Positions 9,104-19,755 of a DNA stretch of 64,000 bases are shown here, in pieces (within the stretch, counting starts at the first letter, position 1; every line of letters starts with the position of its first letter). The stretch lies in IMG/VR virus record IMGVR_UViG_3300035181_000471, positions 1 to 64,000 of that record; one strand, written 5' to 3'. The notes beneath the pieces were generated by a model that had not been told where the DNA came from, did not search any database, and worked only from the letters and a program-made list of their open reading frames with translations. The position numbers and the translations under genes are program-made.

Positions 9104-10376
9104 GTTCTTCTCCTAGTTGAAAAAAGTGACCGCATTCAGGGCATTCAACCCCATCGGTCTTAAGTTCGCTAATACCTTCCGACACTGTTTTATACTCGTT
9201 TTTAATGGTTTTCAATTCGGACTTGATACGGGCTACTTCTTTTACTGCTTTATTATAACGATTTATGAGCTTTATCTTACTTGAGGCATCTTCGATAGCA
9301 ACTTCCAGGGTATTCCATGAGCCGATACTAAGATCTGGAATCGTTAATGATGTTACCTTGAGTTTTAGAGCAATATAAGCCCGGATATCAGCAATTGTTT
9401 TAGCTTGCTTAATGAGAGGTTCTACCTTGTCCACTACAACGGTGGTGAGACCTGACATAGCCGACACTTTAGACTTGGCCGCTATGAGGCTAGAGATGCT
9501 GTTAACAGCCTTTGACTGAGCAATCAGGGTATCCGCCTTACCAATCGGCAATCGTGTCGCCTGGGCTAAGGTAGACACGAATTCCTTGCGCTTACGGTAA
9601 GCTGACAACTGCTTACCTATGGCTAGCACCTTTTCTGCCTTAGCGGTAGACGGAATTGGTATAGAAATGACTGTGGTCAGTACACCAACGAATTCCCTGG
9701 AGGAAGCCAGAGCCTTTAGCTCCTGAATTTTTGAATCGTAACGAGCGATATTTTCACTGATAGCATCGACATCTTCTTCTAGCTCAGAGAACTCATCAGC
9801 GATGATGCGAATCTCCTCTACTTTGCTCTCAGCTTCTTGAATCTCAATGGCTAGGAACTTAGCATTGGAGTTGAATTCTACATTCTTTGCTGCTGCGGCT
9901 TTCTTGCCAGCGTTCAGCTTTTCAGTTGAAGAGAACAAACCGAAGATAGAATTGAGTTCAGAAGGACTCATCTTCAGCATGAATTGGTCATCAAACTGAT
10001 CAGCGAAAACGGGGTCCAGCTTAACCCCGTTGATGTCTACTTCATTGCATCGCATGTCAGCAATAACTGGAGGTAGACCACCATTGAGTTTAGAAAACTC
10101 CTCATCACCGATCTTGTAGTTGACGGTTTTGGCGTTCCTAGTTAACTCAATAGTTTCCTGTCCTTCTGGTTCCAGTGTTACAGAAGTTTCCTTGGACCAC
10201 CAGCTAATGTGGTTAGCTCCTACTTCGTTACGAAGGATACCACATAGAGCGCGAATAATGGCCGACTTACCTCGGTCAGAGGGTCCAACGATTACCGTGA
10301 ATCCTTTGACCGATAAATCTAGAGCCTTCCAAGACTGGAAGTTTCTAGCTGTTACCTTGAATACCTTACCCAGCAT
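9090..10376 (-). CDS. Rad50/SbcC/gp46-like ATPase, N-terminal half
   Basis: RNFQS, Walker A GPSDRGKS, Q-loop DQFD, coiled coil ending in CPEC hook; no Walker B. Confidence 0.88.
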   Translation of the reverse strand: MLGKVFKVTARNFQSWKALDLSVKGFTVIVGPSDRGKSAIIRALCGILRNEVGANHISWWSKETSVTLEPEGQETIELTRNAKTVNYKIGDEEFSKLNGGLPPVIADMRCNEVDINGVKLDPVFADQFDDQFMLKMSPSELNSIFGLFSSTEKLNAGKKAAAAKNVEFNSNAKFLAIEIQEAESKVEEIRIIADEFSELEEDVDAISENIARYDSKIQELKALASSREFVGVLTTVISIPIPSTAKAEKVLAIGKQLSAYRKRKEFVSTLAQATRLPIGKADTLIAQSKAVNSISSLIAAKSKVSAMSGLTTVVVDKVEPLIKQAKTIADIRAYIALKLKVTSLTIPDLSIGSWNTLEVAIEDASSKIKLINRYNKAVKEVARIKSELKTIKNEYKTVSEGISELKTDGVECPECGHFFQLGEEHGTH

Positions 10377-11205
10377 CAGACACCTTTATCTTTTTAATTT
10401 TACTGGGATCTGCTTCAAGTTCTTTCGCTAGATCAAGTTTGTCCAACTGTAGAGCCAACTTTAGAACTGCTACCTTGGTCCAATAGTTAGGTCTCGCCAA
10501 GTTTAGGGCCATGAGTAAGTGAGTGAAGTCCTCAGCAGGATCTTCACTAAACTCAAATTGGATTGGACTATCGTAAAGAGTAGTTGGGAACACCGTGTCA
10601 ATTCCGTATGAACAACCGAATGGATCATTTAAAAATCCCTGACGGCCACTTGACCAAGTGTGAGATCGAATGCATTGACCACCTGGGAGAGCAAAGTAGA
10701 AATCGGTCTCTTTTTTATTGGAGTAGAATCTGAATGGTAGCTTGTTTTTGATTGGCTTCTTACCAGCCATTCTTTCAGCCATCCCAATCCACGCTGAGTC
10801 TTCTGGAACTAGAAGTTGCTGGCTACCGTCCATTACGAAGCGGAAGGTTCCGGGGATGCCACCACCGGGAGTGATGCCGATACGCTTAATGATGTCTAGC
10901 ATGACACGCTCTCGCAGATCATACATACATCCGTATTGATCAACAACCTTGTAGGCTCTACCACCCTCTTCTCTGGACTCCAGATCAATGATGGAGATTT
11001 TCAATCCGCCATTAGGTCTGGTGGTGGGTCTTGGGTTATTGTTGTTTCTAGTAGTGGCCCAGTCCCTAGCTCTTTCGTTCTGCTTAGCATTCCCCGACCC
11101 CACAGCAAAGCAGGATCGGAGAGTTAGCTTACCGCACACAGGAGAGTTATAAACTCGCTCTGGCTGTGCATAGACATTCAGTAGATCAGGGTTCTTGTCG
11201 CTCAT
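10366..11205 (-). CDS. hypothetical phage protein
   Basis: 279-aa ORF. Confidence 0.65.
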   Translation of the reverse strand: MSDKNPDLLNVYAQPERVYNSPVCGKLTLRSCFAVGSGNAKQNERARDWATTRNNNNPRPTTRPNGGLKISIIDLESREEGGRAYKVVDQYGCMYDLRERVMLDIIKRIGITPGGGIPGTFRFVMDGSQQLLVPEDSAWIGMAERMAGKKPIKNKLPFRFYSNKKETDFYFALPGGQCIRSHTWSSGRQGFLNDPFGCSYGIDTVFPTTLYDSPIQFEFSEDPAEDFTHLLMALNLARPNYWTKVAVLKLALQLDKLDLAKELEADPSKIKKIKVSDAG

Positions 11206-11213
11206 AGCGATCC

Positions 11214-12452
11214 TTATAGGTCATCGTCATCGAAGTCGGTAATGCGAATGGCATCCCCACTCTCAAGGCTCTCAGAGTCGCCAGCGAGGAACTTCTCAGC
11301 CGGACTGATCTCAGCGGTGTAAGCGCCATGATCTTCGTTGACGGCATCAATCACTAGCAGACGAAGGCGACCTAGAATCTCATAATCTGGCTCAGTTACG
11401 AGGTTACGAATAGCCTCATCCTTGGAGTCAAACACGATAATAGGCTTCTCTTCATCACCGACGATATAACGCTTGCCCTTGTTAGTGATAAGGCCATACT
11501 TACGAGCTAGTTCACGAACAGAGATCCAGTCGTCAATTCCGAGACCGGGACGAAGCCAGAGGTGGAATTCACGATAACCACCAGTGGTGATCTTGTTCTT
11601 CAGAATACGAACCTTGACCTTCGTGGCAACATAGTCGCCCTTGTTATCCCCAGGCTCAAGAATGAAGGGATCATCAGCATATCCTCCAGCGCGGAAAGCC
11701 TTGGCAACATTGACTTCGATCATCTCAGAAGGGACGAAGCGAACACTGTTACCACCTGGGAGGGTGTAGTTAAGATTGGTGATAGAGGGGTACTTGGAAG
11801 CCATCATAGCTTCGTTGGTCATCTCGATTCTAGCACGAATCTGGTTAACCATCAGGAACAAGCAGTCGTACTTGATGGCGTAAGGAAGCGTGAGGTCAAA
11901 GAACTTCTGCATACCTCTGGCGTGTTCACCAACGGAAGCCTTGAAAGCAGCACCATTGAGAATTTCCTTTTCATCAACCATAGACTTCATGCGAGGGATG
12001 GAGTCGAATACGAACAGCTTGACGCCAGCCTTCATCAGAGTAATGGTCTGCTTGATTGCCTCTTCCACGGAGGAAGGACGGAAGACCACGAGAGAGCCAC
12101 GACTAGTGTCTACACCAATCTTACGGAGGTAGTCACCAGTTGCCGTGCCTTCAAAGTCGAAGATAGCCACAGGCTCGTCCTCAACTCTCTGATAGGACTT
12201 CACAGACGAATAGCAGATGGTGGATTTACCACCGTGTTCCTTGCCGTGAATGTGAATTACACGACCACCGCGAGGCATACCACGAAGACGGAGAACATCG
12301 TCAAGGACGATGGACCCGAATGGGGTAAACTTCTCTTCCGCATCACACTGTAACATTGTGGATTCGTCTAATACGCTGAGAGCTTCAAGGAAAGCGGCCT
12401 TCCTGTCTGAAGTGTTGAATTCGACATTCTTCATTGTTCTAGTTTTTGCCAT
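11214..12452 (-). CDS. recA: RecA/UvsX recombinase
   Basis: G...LD, GKEHGGKST Walker A, FVFDS, VNQIR, PGG, KNK motifs. Confidence 0.93.
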   Translation of the reverse strand: MAKTRTMKNVEFNTSDRKAAFLEALSVLDESTMLQCDAEEKFTPFGSIVLDDVLRLRGMPRGGRVIHIHGKEHGGKSTICYSSVKSYQRVEDEPVAIFDFEGTATGDYLRKIGVDTSRGSLVVFRPSSVEEAIKQTITLMKAGVKLFVFDSIPRMKSMVDEKEILNGAAFKASVGEHARGMQKFFDLTLPYAIKYDCLFLMVNQIRARIEMTNEAMMASKYPSITNLNYTLPGGNSVRFVPSEMIEVNVAKAFRAGGYADDPFILEPGDNKGDYVATKVKVRILKNKITTGGYREFHLWLRPGLGIDDWISVRELARKYGLITNKGKRYIVGDEEKPIIVFDSKDEAIRNLVTEPDYEILGRLRLLVIDAVNEDHGAYTAEISPAEKFLAGDSESLESGDAIRITDFDDDDL

Positions 12453-12461
12453 GAGTGGCTC

Positions 12462-13259
12462 CTATATGTTAACTTCAAGTTTTTCAAGACGCTTCTTAGG
12501 GGGAATCCTGGCGTCCTTAATACTAATACTGTAGGTTTTGGTCTCGTACTTGAACCAGTAGTTAGGATTGTAAAGAATCCCCTTTTTGATGATCTTCTGG
12601 TTGCGTCCTTTACCCTTTACAACATCAGAGAAGTCACACAAAGCAAGCATAACTTTCTCCGGCATGGTCTTGATATCTTGGCCTAAGAATAGATCACTAG
12701 CATGACGGCCAAACTGACCCAATAAGACTGCATCGCAGGCGTCTGAATCAATCCCTGGATACTCAATTGCATTGGCGTATTCGTGCGCCTTACGGATGTT
12801 CTCGTGTTTATTATTACCCTTCTCCACTAGGCCAAGGCAAGAGCGCAGGGTCATAGCATTGATATGCATGACACACACTTCCTTGAAGGCGTGAGTGACT
12901 GAAGGTAGGACTTTGGATTGGATGATTTTGTTTACAATGTTGAGCCAGTCGTTGCCTGGAGTTGGAGCTTCAAGTGAAATAATCAGGCCCTTCTCAGAGT
13001 CAGCGTGAGCCAGGATAGAGGTGGTGATAAAATCAGCCATCATCACAGAACGAACCCACACGGGATAACTAGAATCGGCTGGCTTCAAGGATTTAATTAG
13101 TTCCCACTTAGGGCCATCAACGGTGTTTGTCATGACCGCTAGTCCTGTTCTGCTTAGCGAGGGGTCAATGCCGACAATCACCCATTCATTCATGTCTCTT
13201 GGAGTAGGGATTTTTACTTTGTCATCGAAGGTTAGTTTTGGTTTTGCTACTCTTGCCAT
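12462..13259 (-). CDS. RuvC-like Holliday junction resolvase
   Basis: IVGIDPSLSRTG, ISLE, DACDA acidic residues. Confidence 0.8.
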   Translation of the reverse strand: MARVAKPKLTFDDKVKIPTPRDMNEWVIVGIDPSLSRTGLAVMTNTVDGPKWELIKSLKPADSSYPVWVRSVMMADFITTSILAHADSEKGLIISLEAPTPGNDWLNIVNKIIQSKVLPSVTHAFKEVCVMHINAMTLRSCLGLVEKGNNKHENIRKAHEYANAIEYPGIDSDACDAVLLGQFGRHASDLFLGQDIKTMPEKVMLALCDFSDVVKGKGRNQKIIKKGILYNPNYWFKYETKTYSISIKDARIPPKKRLEKLEVNI

Positions 13260-13277
13260 GTCTACTCCAAAAAATTA

Positions 13278-13308
13278 GGAGCTACACGACAACTCATCGT
13301 GTAGCTCC
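13278..13308 (-). terminator. intrinsic terminator after the SSB gene
   Basis: 12-bp inverted repeat GGAGCTACACGA followed by a T-tract on the minus strand. Confidence 0.7.
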
Positions 13309-13324
13309 CGGTCTTACTGAGGGA

Positions 13325-14098
13325 TCATAGATCCCCGTTATCCTCATCATCCTCAGTGGAACCCATAGAGGCGATGAGTGCCTTCCACTCGATAGGCGTT
13401 AGACGCTTACCAAGCTTCTTTGTGAGGAGAGCGCCGTCTTCAAACTTGGCACAAGCCTCTTTCACAGCAGACTCTAGGCCCTTCTTCTGCCAGCGAGTCT
13501 CGCTTGACACACGGTTGAACTTATAACCGATGCCATTCTCACGATGGGTCATCACGATGTCGAAATCGGTGACCTTCTCATCTTCCTGGACTAGCGAAGA
13601 GATATCGCTGAAGTTTGCGCGGGAGAGGTTGACGAACTTGATTTCGAAGTCCGTATCAGTCACTTCCTTGGCATACTTACCAGTCTTGGGGTTGGCGTTG
13701 GTGTAGTGAACCACCACAGCCACGAAATGAATTGCGGCCTTGGCACCCTCAATTCCGTTGAGTGCCTTACAGCAGATGCCTTCACCCTCTTCGGTGGTTA
13801 GGCAACGGAAAGTGCCCTTCTTGTCAACATAGTGGTTGACGGCCTTCTTGGGTTTGAGGTAAGGCACGATGGCGAAGCGGGAAGCCTGACCCTTCTCAGG
13901 TCGCAGACGATCCAGACCGTCACCGCGATACATCAACTTCTGATCACCGAACTCGCAATCATCTTCATCACTGACTACGACAGCTTCAGTGGCCTTCTTA
14001 CCCTTAGGGTTGAAGTCATCTTCATCGTCTTCAGGCTTGGCACCCTTCTTGGGCTTCTTAACTTCTAGTTCATCATCATCTTCAAATTGCTTAGCCAT
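13325..14098 (-). CDS. gp32-like single-stranded DNA-binding protein
   Basis: Acidic termini, H..C..CC zinc ligands, OB-like core, position beside recA/ruvC. Confidence 0.6.
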   Translation of the reverse strand: MAKQFEDDDELEVKKPKKGAKPEDDEDDFNPKGKKATEAVVVSDEDDCEFGDQKLMYRGDGLDRLRPEKGQASRFAIVPYLKPKKAVNHYVDKKGTFRCLTTEEGEGICCKALNGIEGAKAAIHFVAVVVHYTNANPKTGKYAKEVTDTDFEIKFVNLSRANFSDISSLVQEDEKVTDFDIVMTHRENGIGYKFNRVSSETRWQKKGLESAVKEACAKFEDGALLTKKLGKRLTPIEWKALIASMGSTEDDEDNGDL

Positions 14099-14125
14099 TG
14101 TCGGCCTCCTTGTGATTGTTATTAC

Positions 14126-15514
14126 TTAGAAAGCATCGTCTTCATCGAAGGAAATTACTTTCTTTTTCTTCTTGGTTTCAGGTTCTTTTGCAGGTTCTAT
14201 TGTTTCATCTTCGTCATCGTAATCGGTTTTCTTGGTAGGTTTGACAACGATTTCTGTATCGTCATCTTCGTCAAAGTCAATCTTCTTTTGCGGCTTTTTG
14301 GAAAGCGGGACTAGGGTTGCCTTCCCCTCCTTTACTAATACTGTCCCAGCAAAAGAATCTTCAAAGACTCCATCTTTTACTACTACGGTGGCTGTGGTGC
14401 CAGGGTCAAATCCGACATCCGTACCTACTACTGAGGGAGGCTCGACATTAACTGTCTCATCCTCATCTTCGAAGTGAGCTACCTCATCAACATGAGTGAA
14501 CTCTCTAGTGTGACCACGGAAATCTTCAATCTTAGCGGAGGGTTTAAAATACTCTTCTTCGGCTTCAGACTGAGGTAGCTCGGGTGGAACCTCTTGAACG
14601 AGGCTATTGCGGAATTTTGTGATACTCGCCGTTAGGTCTTCGGCGGAAACCTCTTCTTCTAAGACTGCTTCTTCTACACCACCACTGATAATCTTGTGAA
14701 TACCTTGAGGAACATCAATGTCAGTGGTCTGTCTACGCTGAATATAAGCTGGCTCTTCGAATTCTTCTCGTAGAGAAGCAATTTCCGGCAGATCTGGTGT
14801 CTCTTCTCCGAGGTCATCAAACTCTGTTGGGTCAACCTTTGGTTTTTCTTCGGTGACATTCCAGCGTTGCTTAAGCAGGGGGAAGGCATTGAGACTCTCA
14901 CCACCGTCCTTGTGACCATTGAAGGGTAGGTTGGTAAGTGAAGCATTGGCCTGATCAGTCCCTAGCTTGTATTTCTCTTGAGCTATCTTTCGCATGTCCT
15001 TGAGGTGAGTCACCATAACCTCGACAGCGGAAAGAAGCCCTTCAATGTTGATGTCCATATCCTCTAGCAGTCTGGAGAATTCGGACTCAGCTAGAGCTTT
15101 TTGGGTGGAAGCTGGGATCTTCAATTCAGCCTCTTTCAGCTTCTCAGCAATGGCTATTAGATACCAAGCGGAGAAGGTGGCTAGAAGATTGTCTTTGACA
15201 TGGAGAGCAGACTTCAGCTTACCCTGGAAATAGATGGCTCGGGTCTGTGCCATCTCAATTTTGTCTGTCACCATCTGGAGGGCCATTGATAGCTCTACTA
15301 GATAGGACTGTGCGCCTCCAGGTGGCACGGATGTTAGTAGCTCAATGCGCTCAATAGCCTTAATCTCGCTGTTAAGCACATGGAAATACTTTTCGAAATC
15401 GTGTGTGACACCATCAGTTTCGTATACAAGTAAGCCCTTGAGCTTCTGCACTTGGCTGAGAATATTAGTGTCTTTTAATATGACTTCAGCTTTCAGTTCG
15501 TCAAGAATTTTCAT
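14126..15514 (-). CDS. hypothetical protein with N-terminal coiled coil and acidic tail
   Basis: 462 aa; helical N-half, D/E-rich C-half. Confidence 0.6.
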   Translation of the reverse strand: MKILDELKAEVILKDTNILSQVQKLKGLLVYETDGVTHDFEKYFHVLNSEIKAIERIELLTSVPPGGAQSYLVELSMALQMVTDKIEMAQTRAIYFQGKLKSALHVKDNLLATFSAWYLIAIAEKLKEAELKIPASTQKALAESEFSRLLEDMDINIEGLLSAVEVMVTHLKDMRKIAQEKYKLGTDQANASLTNLPFNGHKDGGESLNAFPLLKQRWNVTEEKPKVDPTEFDDLGEETPDLPEIASLREEFEEPAYIQRRQTTDIDVPQGIHKIISGGVEEAVLEEEVSAEDLTASITKFRNSLVQEVPPELPQSEAEEEYFKPSAKIEDFRGHTREFTHVDEVAHFEDEDETVNVEPPSVVGTDVGFDPGTTATVVVKDGVFEDSFAGTVLVKEGKATLVPLSKKPQKKIDFDEDDDTEIVVKPTKKTDYDDEDETIEPAKEPETKKKKKVISFDEDDAF

Positions 15515-15855
15515 TCAATCTCCTTGTTATCATTACTCAATTTAGCCAAAGCCTCTCTCATCTTTTTTACACGAGTTCTGGCACGAGTAATTAGTTGCAT
15601 GGCATCTGGGCCTGACAGTTCCCCAGCGGCATACTTGGCTGTGGTCACTGATTCCCACATGGCTAAATGCATATCTAGGCTCTGGTCTACTAGTTTATCG
15701 AGGCAATTAAGTGGGATGCCTGAGGAACCCTCGGGTGTTTCTGCTTTGATGTTGAAAAATCGGCTCTGTCCAGCACCATAGGACAAATCCTTAACATCAA
15801 GACTCAGCGTCATCCCCGTTATCGCTAACCGCTGTGGCGCTTGCTCTTCGCTCAT
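15511..15855 (-). CDS. hypothetical protein
   Basis: Start trimmed to MSEEQ with RBS. Confidence 0.6.
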   Translation of the reverse strand: MSEEQAPQRLAITGMTLSLDVKDLSYGAGQSRFFNIKAETPEGSSGIPLNCLDKLVDQSLDMHLAMWESVTTAKYAAGELSGPDAMQLITRARTRVKKMREALAKLSNDNKEIE

Positions 15856-16573
15856 GTAATCTTCCTTGTATGATTTTGATTCTGCTCTCAATTTCAGGCT
15901 GGATCACTAGGGCGGTCTCACTTAGACCACTCACTCCAACCCCCTGATTGAGACAAATGGAGGGTTTCTTTGATCGTTTAGTCAAACTCTGAGTCTCCAG
16001 GTATGACAGCTTGATAATCGGAAAGTTCTTCAACTGTTGCACGAAGGAGGGGGTCAGATTGTAGTTCTTATTCTCCAATACTGACTTCAGGGATCTAACG
16101 ATGATCCAGGTTGGTGTATTCCTGCCGTTTCGGGTGCTTATGACATACTCATGCTGGATGGCAGCTTTCTCATAGAAGGGAAAGGCCGGAGCGTTAATGA
16201 TGAGAAGGTCAGGCTCATAGAGTTTATTAGCCATAGCTGAGAAGTGAAGCTCCATCAACTCGTTTGGATACACCATCTTCCACGATTTAGTGATGTCTTT
16301 ACGCAGTATCAACGCAGATTTAATGTGGGCTCCGGCCACTCTAGGGTCTTCACATTCAATAATTATGCTCTGTCTGGACTTCAGAGGTCCAAGTAGCTTG
16401 GTCCCGGTCAGCATGTCGAATCTCTGAAACTCTCCTGCGTAAGCCTTAAGCTTGGCTACAATTAGGCAGGTACACTCCTCCATTACATTGTCTTTACCTT
16501 TTACTGGAACCAGCCCTTGATCGTTACACAGGGGGCACTTATCAACACTCAGGTTAAATACGGAAGGAATCAT
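15797..16573 (-). CDS. DnaC/DnaI-like helicase-loader homologue with degenerate ATPase
   Basis: CPLC...CTC zinc site, PDLLII, R...PTWI; no Walker A; TGATG coupling. Confidence 0.5.
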   Translation of the reverse strand: MIPSVFNLSVDKCPLCNDQGLVPVKGKDNVMEECTCLIVAKLKAYAGEFQRFDMLTGTKLLGPLKSRQSIIIECEDPRVAGAHIKSALILRKDITKSWKMVYPNELMELHFSAMANKLYEPDLLIINAPAFPFYEKAAIQHEYVISTRNGRNTPTWIIVRSLKSVLENKNYNLTPSFVQQLKNFPIIKLSYLETQSLTKRSKKPSICLNQGVGVSGLSETALVIQPEIESRIKIIQGRLHERRASATAVSDNGDDAES

Positions 16574-18543
16574 CAAAAGTCCCACTTGCCGAGATCGGCA
16601 TCACTTACTGATACTTTCTTTTTCTCTTTTTTCTCGGCCCCAACTTCGAATGCCATCTTGTAGTCCTTGTCGTTGGCGGCTTCTTTGACCTGAGAGCCGT
16701 CAATAAAGGCTCCCATTTTCATCACTTTAACATGAGCCTTTAGAAGTTTTCTGAACTCGGCATCATCATTGATTTTGTCCATGCCAGCGGCTAGATCCAA
16801 ATCGTTGGAGTCGTTGAGTAGACCAGAGGAGTAGGACTCACCCAGGATAATCTCAAATAGCTCTCCCTTACCCTTTAGCGTGTCAATGGCGTACTCGTCA
16901 ATGGTTCCCTTGGCTGGGAGGATATGAAGCGTACAGGCACTATGGGGGCTTGCCATTCGCACCATGCGTCCAACTAGCTGAATAAGGACTCCCCAGGACC
17001 AGGGGACATCTAGAAGAACCATGTGCGCGGCTTGCTGGAGGTTAACACCTTCAGCGGCGGCAGTATTAATGAACAGAAGGTTGTAGTCAGGGTCATTCTG
17101 GAACTTCTGCTTGTTCTCTTCTCTTTGCTTTTCACTCTCAGCACCAGTAATGCGGAGGAACTTACGATCTCCGTAGTGTCCAGCCTTGGACAAGCCTTCA
17201 AAGCGGTCAATCCAAGTGCGGAACTTGGTGAATACGATTACCTTCTCTCCGGCTAACTCACCGTCAAGAAGTTCCAGTAGGTCGTCTTCTTTAGGGGATA
17301 GGGTTTTGGAGAAGAACTTGGTTGGTTCATCCTTGAAGAGAAGATTGGGGTTGTTGGCGATCATCTGAGTGACGGCTAGCATGGTCATCATGTTGTCAGG
17401 ATCGCGCTCCTTCTCGTAGATCTCGCCTTCTGCGTTCTTCTTCATAATTGGAGGTAGAACGAACTTTTTAGCCTTGATATCTTCCAGCATCTTAGTCTGA
17501 ATTTTATCCAGATCAACGGGGTGATACTGTGTGGAAAGCTTAGGTAGGGGCTCCTTTACCTGGGCCTGCGATCTACCGTAATAGAAGGGTCTCATCTCAG
17601 TTTTGAACAGCTTGACATTCTTGTAGCCGATCAACTGTGGCATGTGCTTTCCCTTACCAACATGAACCATTTTATACTTACAGAAATTTTCTCTGAACTG
17701 TTTCATGGGGCCAAATGGACGCACACCAATAGCCACAGAAATGGAGTAAAATTCATCTAGGCTATTTTGAATAATCGTTGCAGTCATGGCCCAAATCACG
17801 GCGATATGAGGCTGAATTTTTAAAAGCATTCTGCGATTTTGAGAGGTCGTGGACTTGAACTTCTGGCATTCATCAAGAATCAGAATTACATTGTGTCCAT
17901 GTTTCTTCATGATAGCTTCAAGGAGAAGCACTTCAGGCGAATATTCCTCTTTTTGGCCCTCGCTGATGGGGTTACCATCTGCATCGAACTCTCCCTCAAG
18001 CGTCCTTCTTCGGCCTACAAGGGAGGTATACTTGGCGATAAGGACATCTCGGTCCTTGGACACCATAAAGTCTTCAATTTGCTTTAAACGAGCCTCAGAG
18101 CCTTTTAGCCCCTCATACTTATCTTGAAGAACTTGAGCGTTCAGTGTGGAGAAGTTTTCATACTCGGTTTTCCACTGATAGGTGGTGGATTTTGTGCCTA
18201 AGACGATCACCTTCATTCCCGGCTTTTTATTCATCAAGTAGGCTGAAGCTGTGATGGCGCAAATGGTCTTACCCAGACCCACCGCATGACCATCCATATA
18301 GCGATGCATCTTGATCATGTGGGCTATGGATTGAGTCTGGTAGTTTCTGGGGGCAAATGGCTTACCCGCCTTTGTGATCGTTCTGATCTGAGGCGGGATA
18401 GTCACTGGAATGGGGCCTTCTTCTGGATCATGCTCTCTGACTCGATAGAGTAGTTCCATAGTCTTGTCAGCAAGACCCAGTTTTCTCGTATAGTCTGTAA
18501 TTAGAGGACAAGGCTCTTCCTCTTCTTCTAGATAAGTTGTCAT
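16573..18543 (-). CDS. SNF2-family helicase
   Basis: GLGKT, ILDECQ, MTAT, EGVNLQ, QLVGRMVR. Confidence 0.93.
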   Translation of the reverse strand: MTTYLEEEEEPCPLITDYTRKLGLADKTMELLYRVREHDPEEGPIPVTIPPQIRTITKAGKPFAPRNYQTQSIAHMIKMHRYMDGHAVGLGKTICAITASAYLMNKKPGMKVIVLGTKSTTYQWKTEYENFSTLNAQVLQDKYEGLKGSEARLKQIEDFMVSKDRDVLIAKYTSLVGRRRTLEGEFDADGNPISEGQKEEYSPEVLLLEAIMKKHGHNVILILDECQKFKSTTSQNRRMLLKIQPHIAVIWAMTATIIQNSLDEFYSISVAIGVRPFGPMKQFRENFCKYKMVHVGKGKHMPQLIGYKNVKLFKTEMRPFYYGRSQAQVKEPLPKLSTQYHPVDLDKIQTKMLEDIKAKKFVLPPIMKKNAEGEIYEKERDPDNMMTMLAVTQMIANNPNLLFKDEPTKFFSKTLSPKEDDLLELLDGELAGEKVIVFTKFRTWIDRFEGLSKAGHYGDRKFLRITGAESEKQREENKQKFQNDPDYNLLFINTAAAEGVNLQQAAHMVLLDVPWSWGVLIQLVGRMVRMASPHSACTLHILPAKGTIDEYAIDTLKGKGELFEIILGESYSSGLLNDSNDLDLAAGMDKINDDAEFRKLLKAHVKVMKMGAFIDGSQVKEAANDKDYKMAFEVGAEKKEKKKVSVSDADLGKWDF

Positions 18544-18548
18544 TGTTC

Positions 18549-19034
18549 CTACTTGGAGGGGGCAGTGTAGAGTTCCTGGTAAGACTTAGTTTCGAACTCG
18601 GTGTGGTACTCGTGGTAACGATCCCAGTCCTTGCTGTTATTCACTCGCATGATGCGAAGGTCGCCCTTGATGGTAAGGACATTACCCTGCTCATCCTGGA
18701 ACACTCCGCCCTCAACATAGACATTGCGAAGTTTCCAGACATCCATGATCTTGCCACCCGAATCGTTACGAATGATGTAATCACCCTTGTAGGTGCCGAT
18801 AATGCCGCCATCATGAGCTATCTGATTAGACCAGCCAGCGCAGCCGACACTCAAAAGAGCGACAGAGAGGGCAGTAACGCTAAGAATCTTCATCAGCCAA
18901 GTTCGTTCGGCTGTGGTGAAGGGGTGGCGCTTACAGCCTGCGGTAACAATCTCCACCCCTTCAGGCGGGATGGACGGTGGCTGTGTGGGTTTAAGCTCCC
19001 CGGCGATGGATTGGAAGCCTCCAGTGTGGTTCAT
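18549..19034 (-). CDS. hypothetical protein, possible lipoprotein
   Basis: Hydrophobic stretch with LSVGC lipobox; start uncertain. Confidence 0.5.
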   Translation of the reverse strand: MNHTGGFQSIAGELKPTQPPSIPPEGVEIVTAGCKRHPFTTAERTWLMKILSVTALSVALLSVGCAGWSNQIAHDGGIIGTYKGDYIIRNDSGGKIMDVWKLRNVYVEGGVFQDEQGNVLTIKGDLRIMRVNNSKDWDRYHEYHTEFETKSYQELYTAPSK

Positions 19035-19184
19035 GCGGTTCTCCTTCAAAGCCAAATACCACCAATGTAGGTCGCTAGGGTCGGTGGTCGGTCCCCTATG
19101 TTAAATACTGATTAGTTGATGATCTTCGTGTCAACCATCACAATGACGATCTTCCATGTGCGCTGACCGAAACTCCGTTACAGC

Positions 19185-19213
19185 ATTATACTGGAGAGAG
19201 TCCTGTTTTTACT
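19185..19213 (-). promoter_or_regulatory. putative phage promoter (AGTAAAAA-N13-AGTATAAT)
   Basis: Copy of the recurring motif. Confidence 0.55.
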
Positions 19214-19445
19214 CGTAAACTTCCCTAGCTACAAGAAGTTGATTTATGAATGATCCCAATGAGATGCGCTTCCATCTACCCTGGTCCCTCATCTCCACAA
19301 GCATCTCACTAGTGACAGTGAAGGGTCCATAGACTCTATCGACCACCTCTAGATCGTACTTGTAGGCGTGAGCAAGCGGCACCTTCTTGACCTCAACCTT
19401 ATTAAACTCAATTCCGCAAACTCGGAGTTGGACAGGGGTAGCCAT
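19209..19445 (-). CDS. hypothetical protein
   Basis: Start trimmed to MATPVQ. Confidence 0.5.
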   Translation of the reverse strand: MATPVQLRVCGIEFNKVEVKKVPLAHAYKYDLEVVDRVYGPFTVTSEMLVEMRDQGRWKRISLGSFINQLLVAREVYE

Positions 19446-19446
19446 C

Positions 19447-19680
19447 TTAGTTCCAGGTACCTTTCTCAGCTTCCTCAGTCCCCTCTTTAGTGATTTCAAA
19501 GAGACATTCTCCAGTTTCTTCGACAACCCCAGTAACCTTAAGGAACCCACGCTGAGTTAGTCTGTGCATAACAAGCTGATCGTTATAAGGCAACTTCCCT
19601 TCTCGGATGCCTTGTGGGTGGAAGTCCCTAACACGCTCAAGGACTCGGATTGCTTTTGCCTCTATGGTCGTGTGGGCCAT
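19447..19680 (-). CDS. small winged-helix-like protein
   Basis: L..RGFL...FEITKEG pattern. Confidence 0.45.
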   Translation of the reverse strand: MAHTTIEAKAIRVLERVRDFHPQGIREGKLPYNDQLVMHRLTQRGFLKVTGVVEETGECLFEITKEGTEEAEKGTWN

Positions 19681-19755
19681 CTGTGCTACCTCTACTCAAG
19701 GCATCGGAACATAAGTCTCGTTAGAGACTTTAATGGATTAAAACCTTAGTAAATA

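Noticed and set aside
11562-12353. 263-aa plus-strand ORF
   Set aside because: Antisense shadow of the codon-biased recA; no recognisable motifs. The same applies to the other short + strand ORFs inside minus-strand genes.
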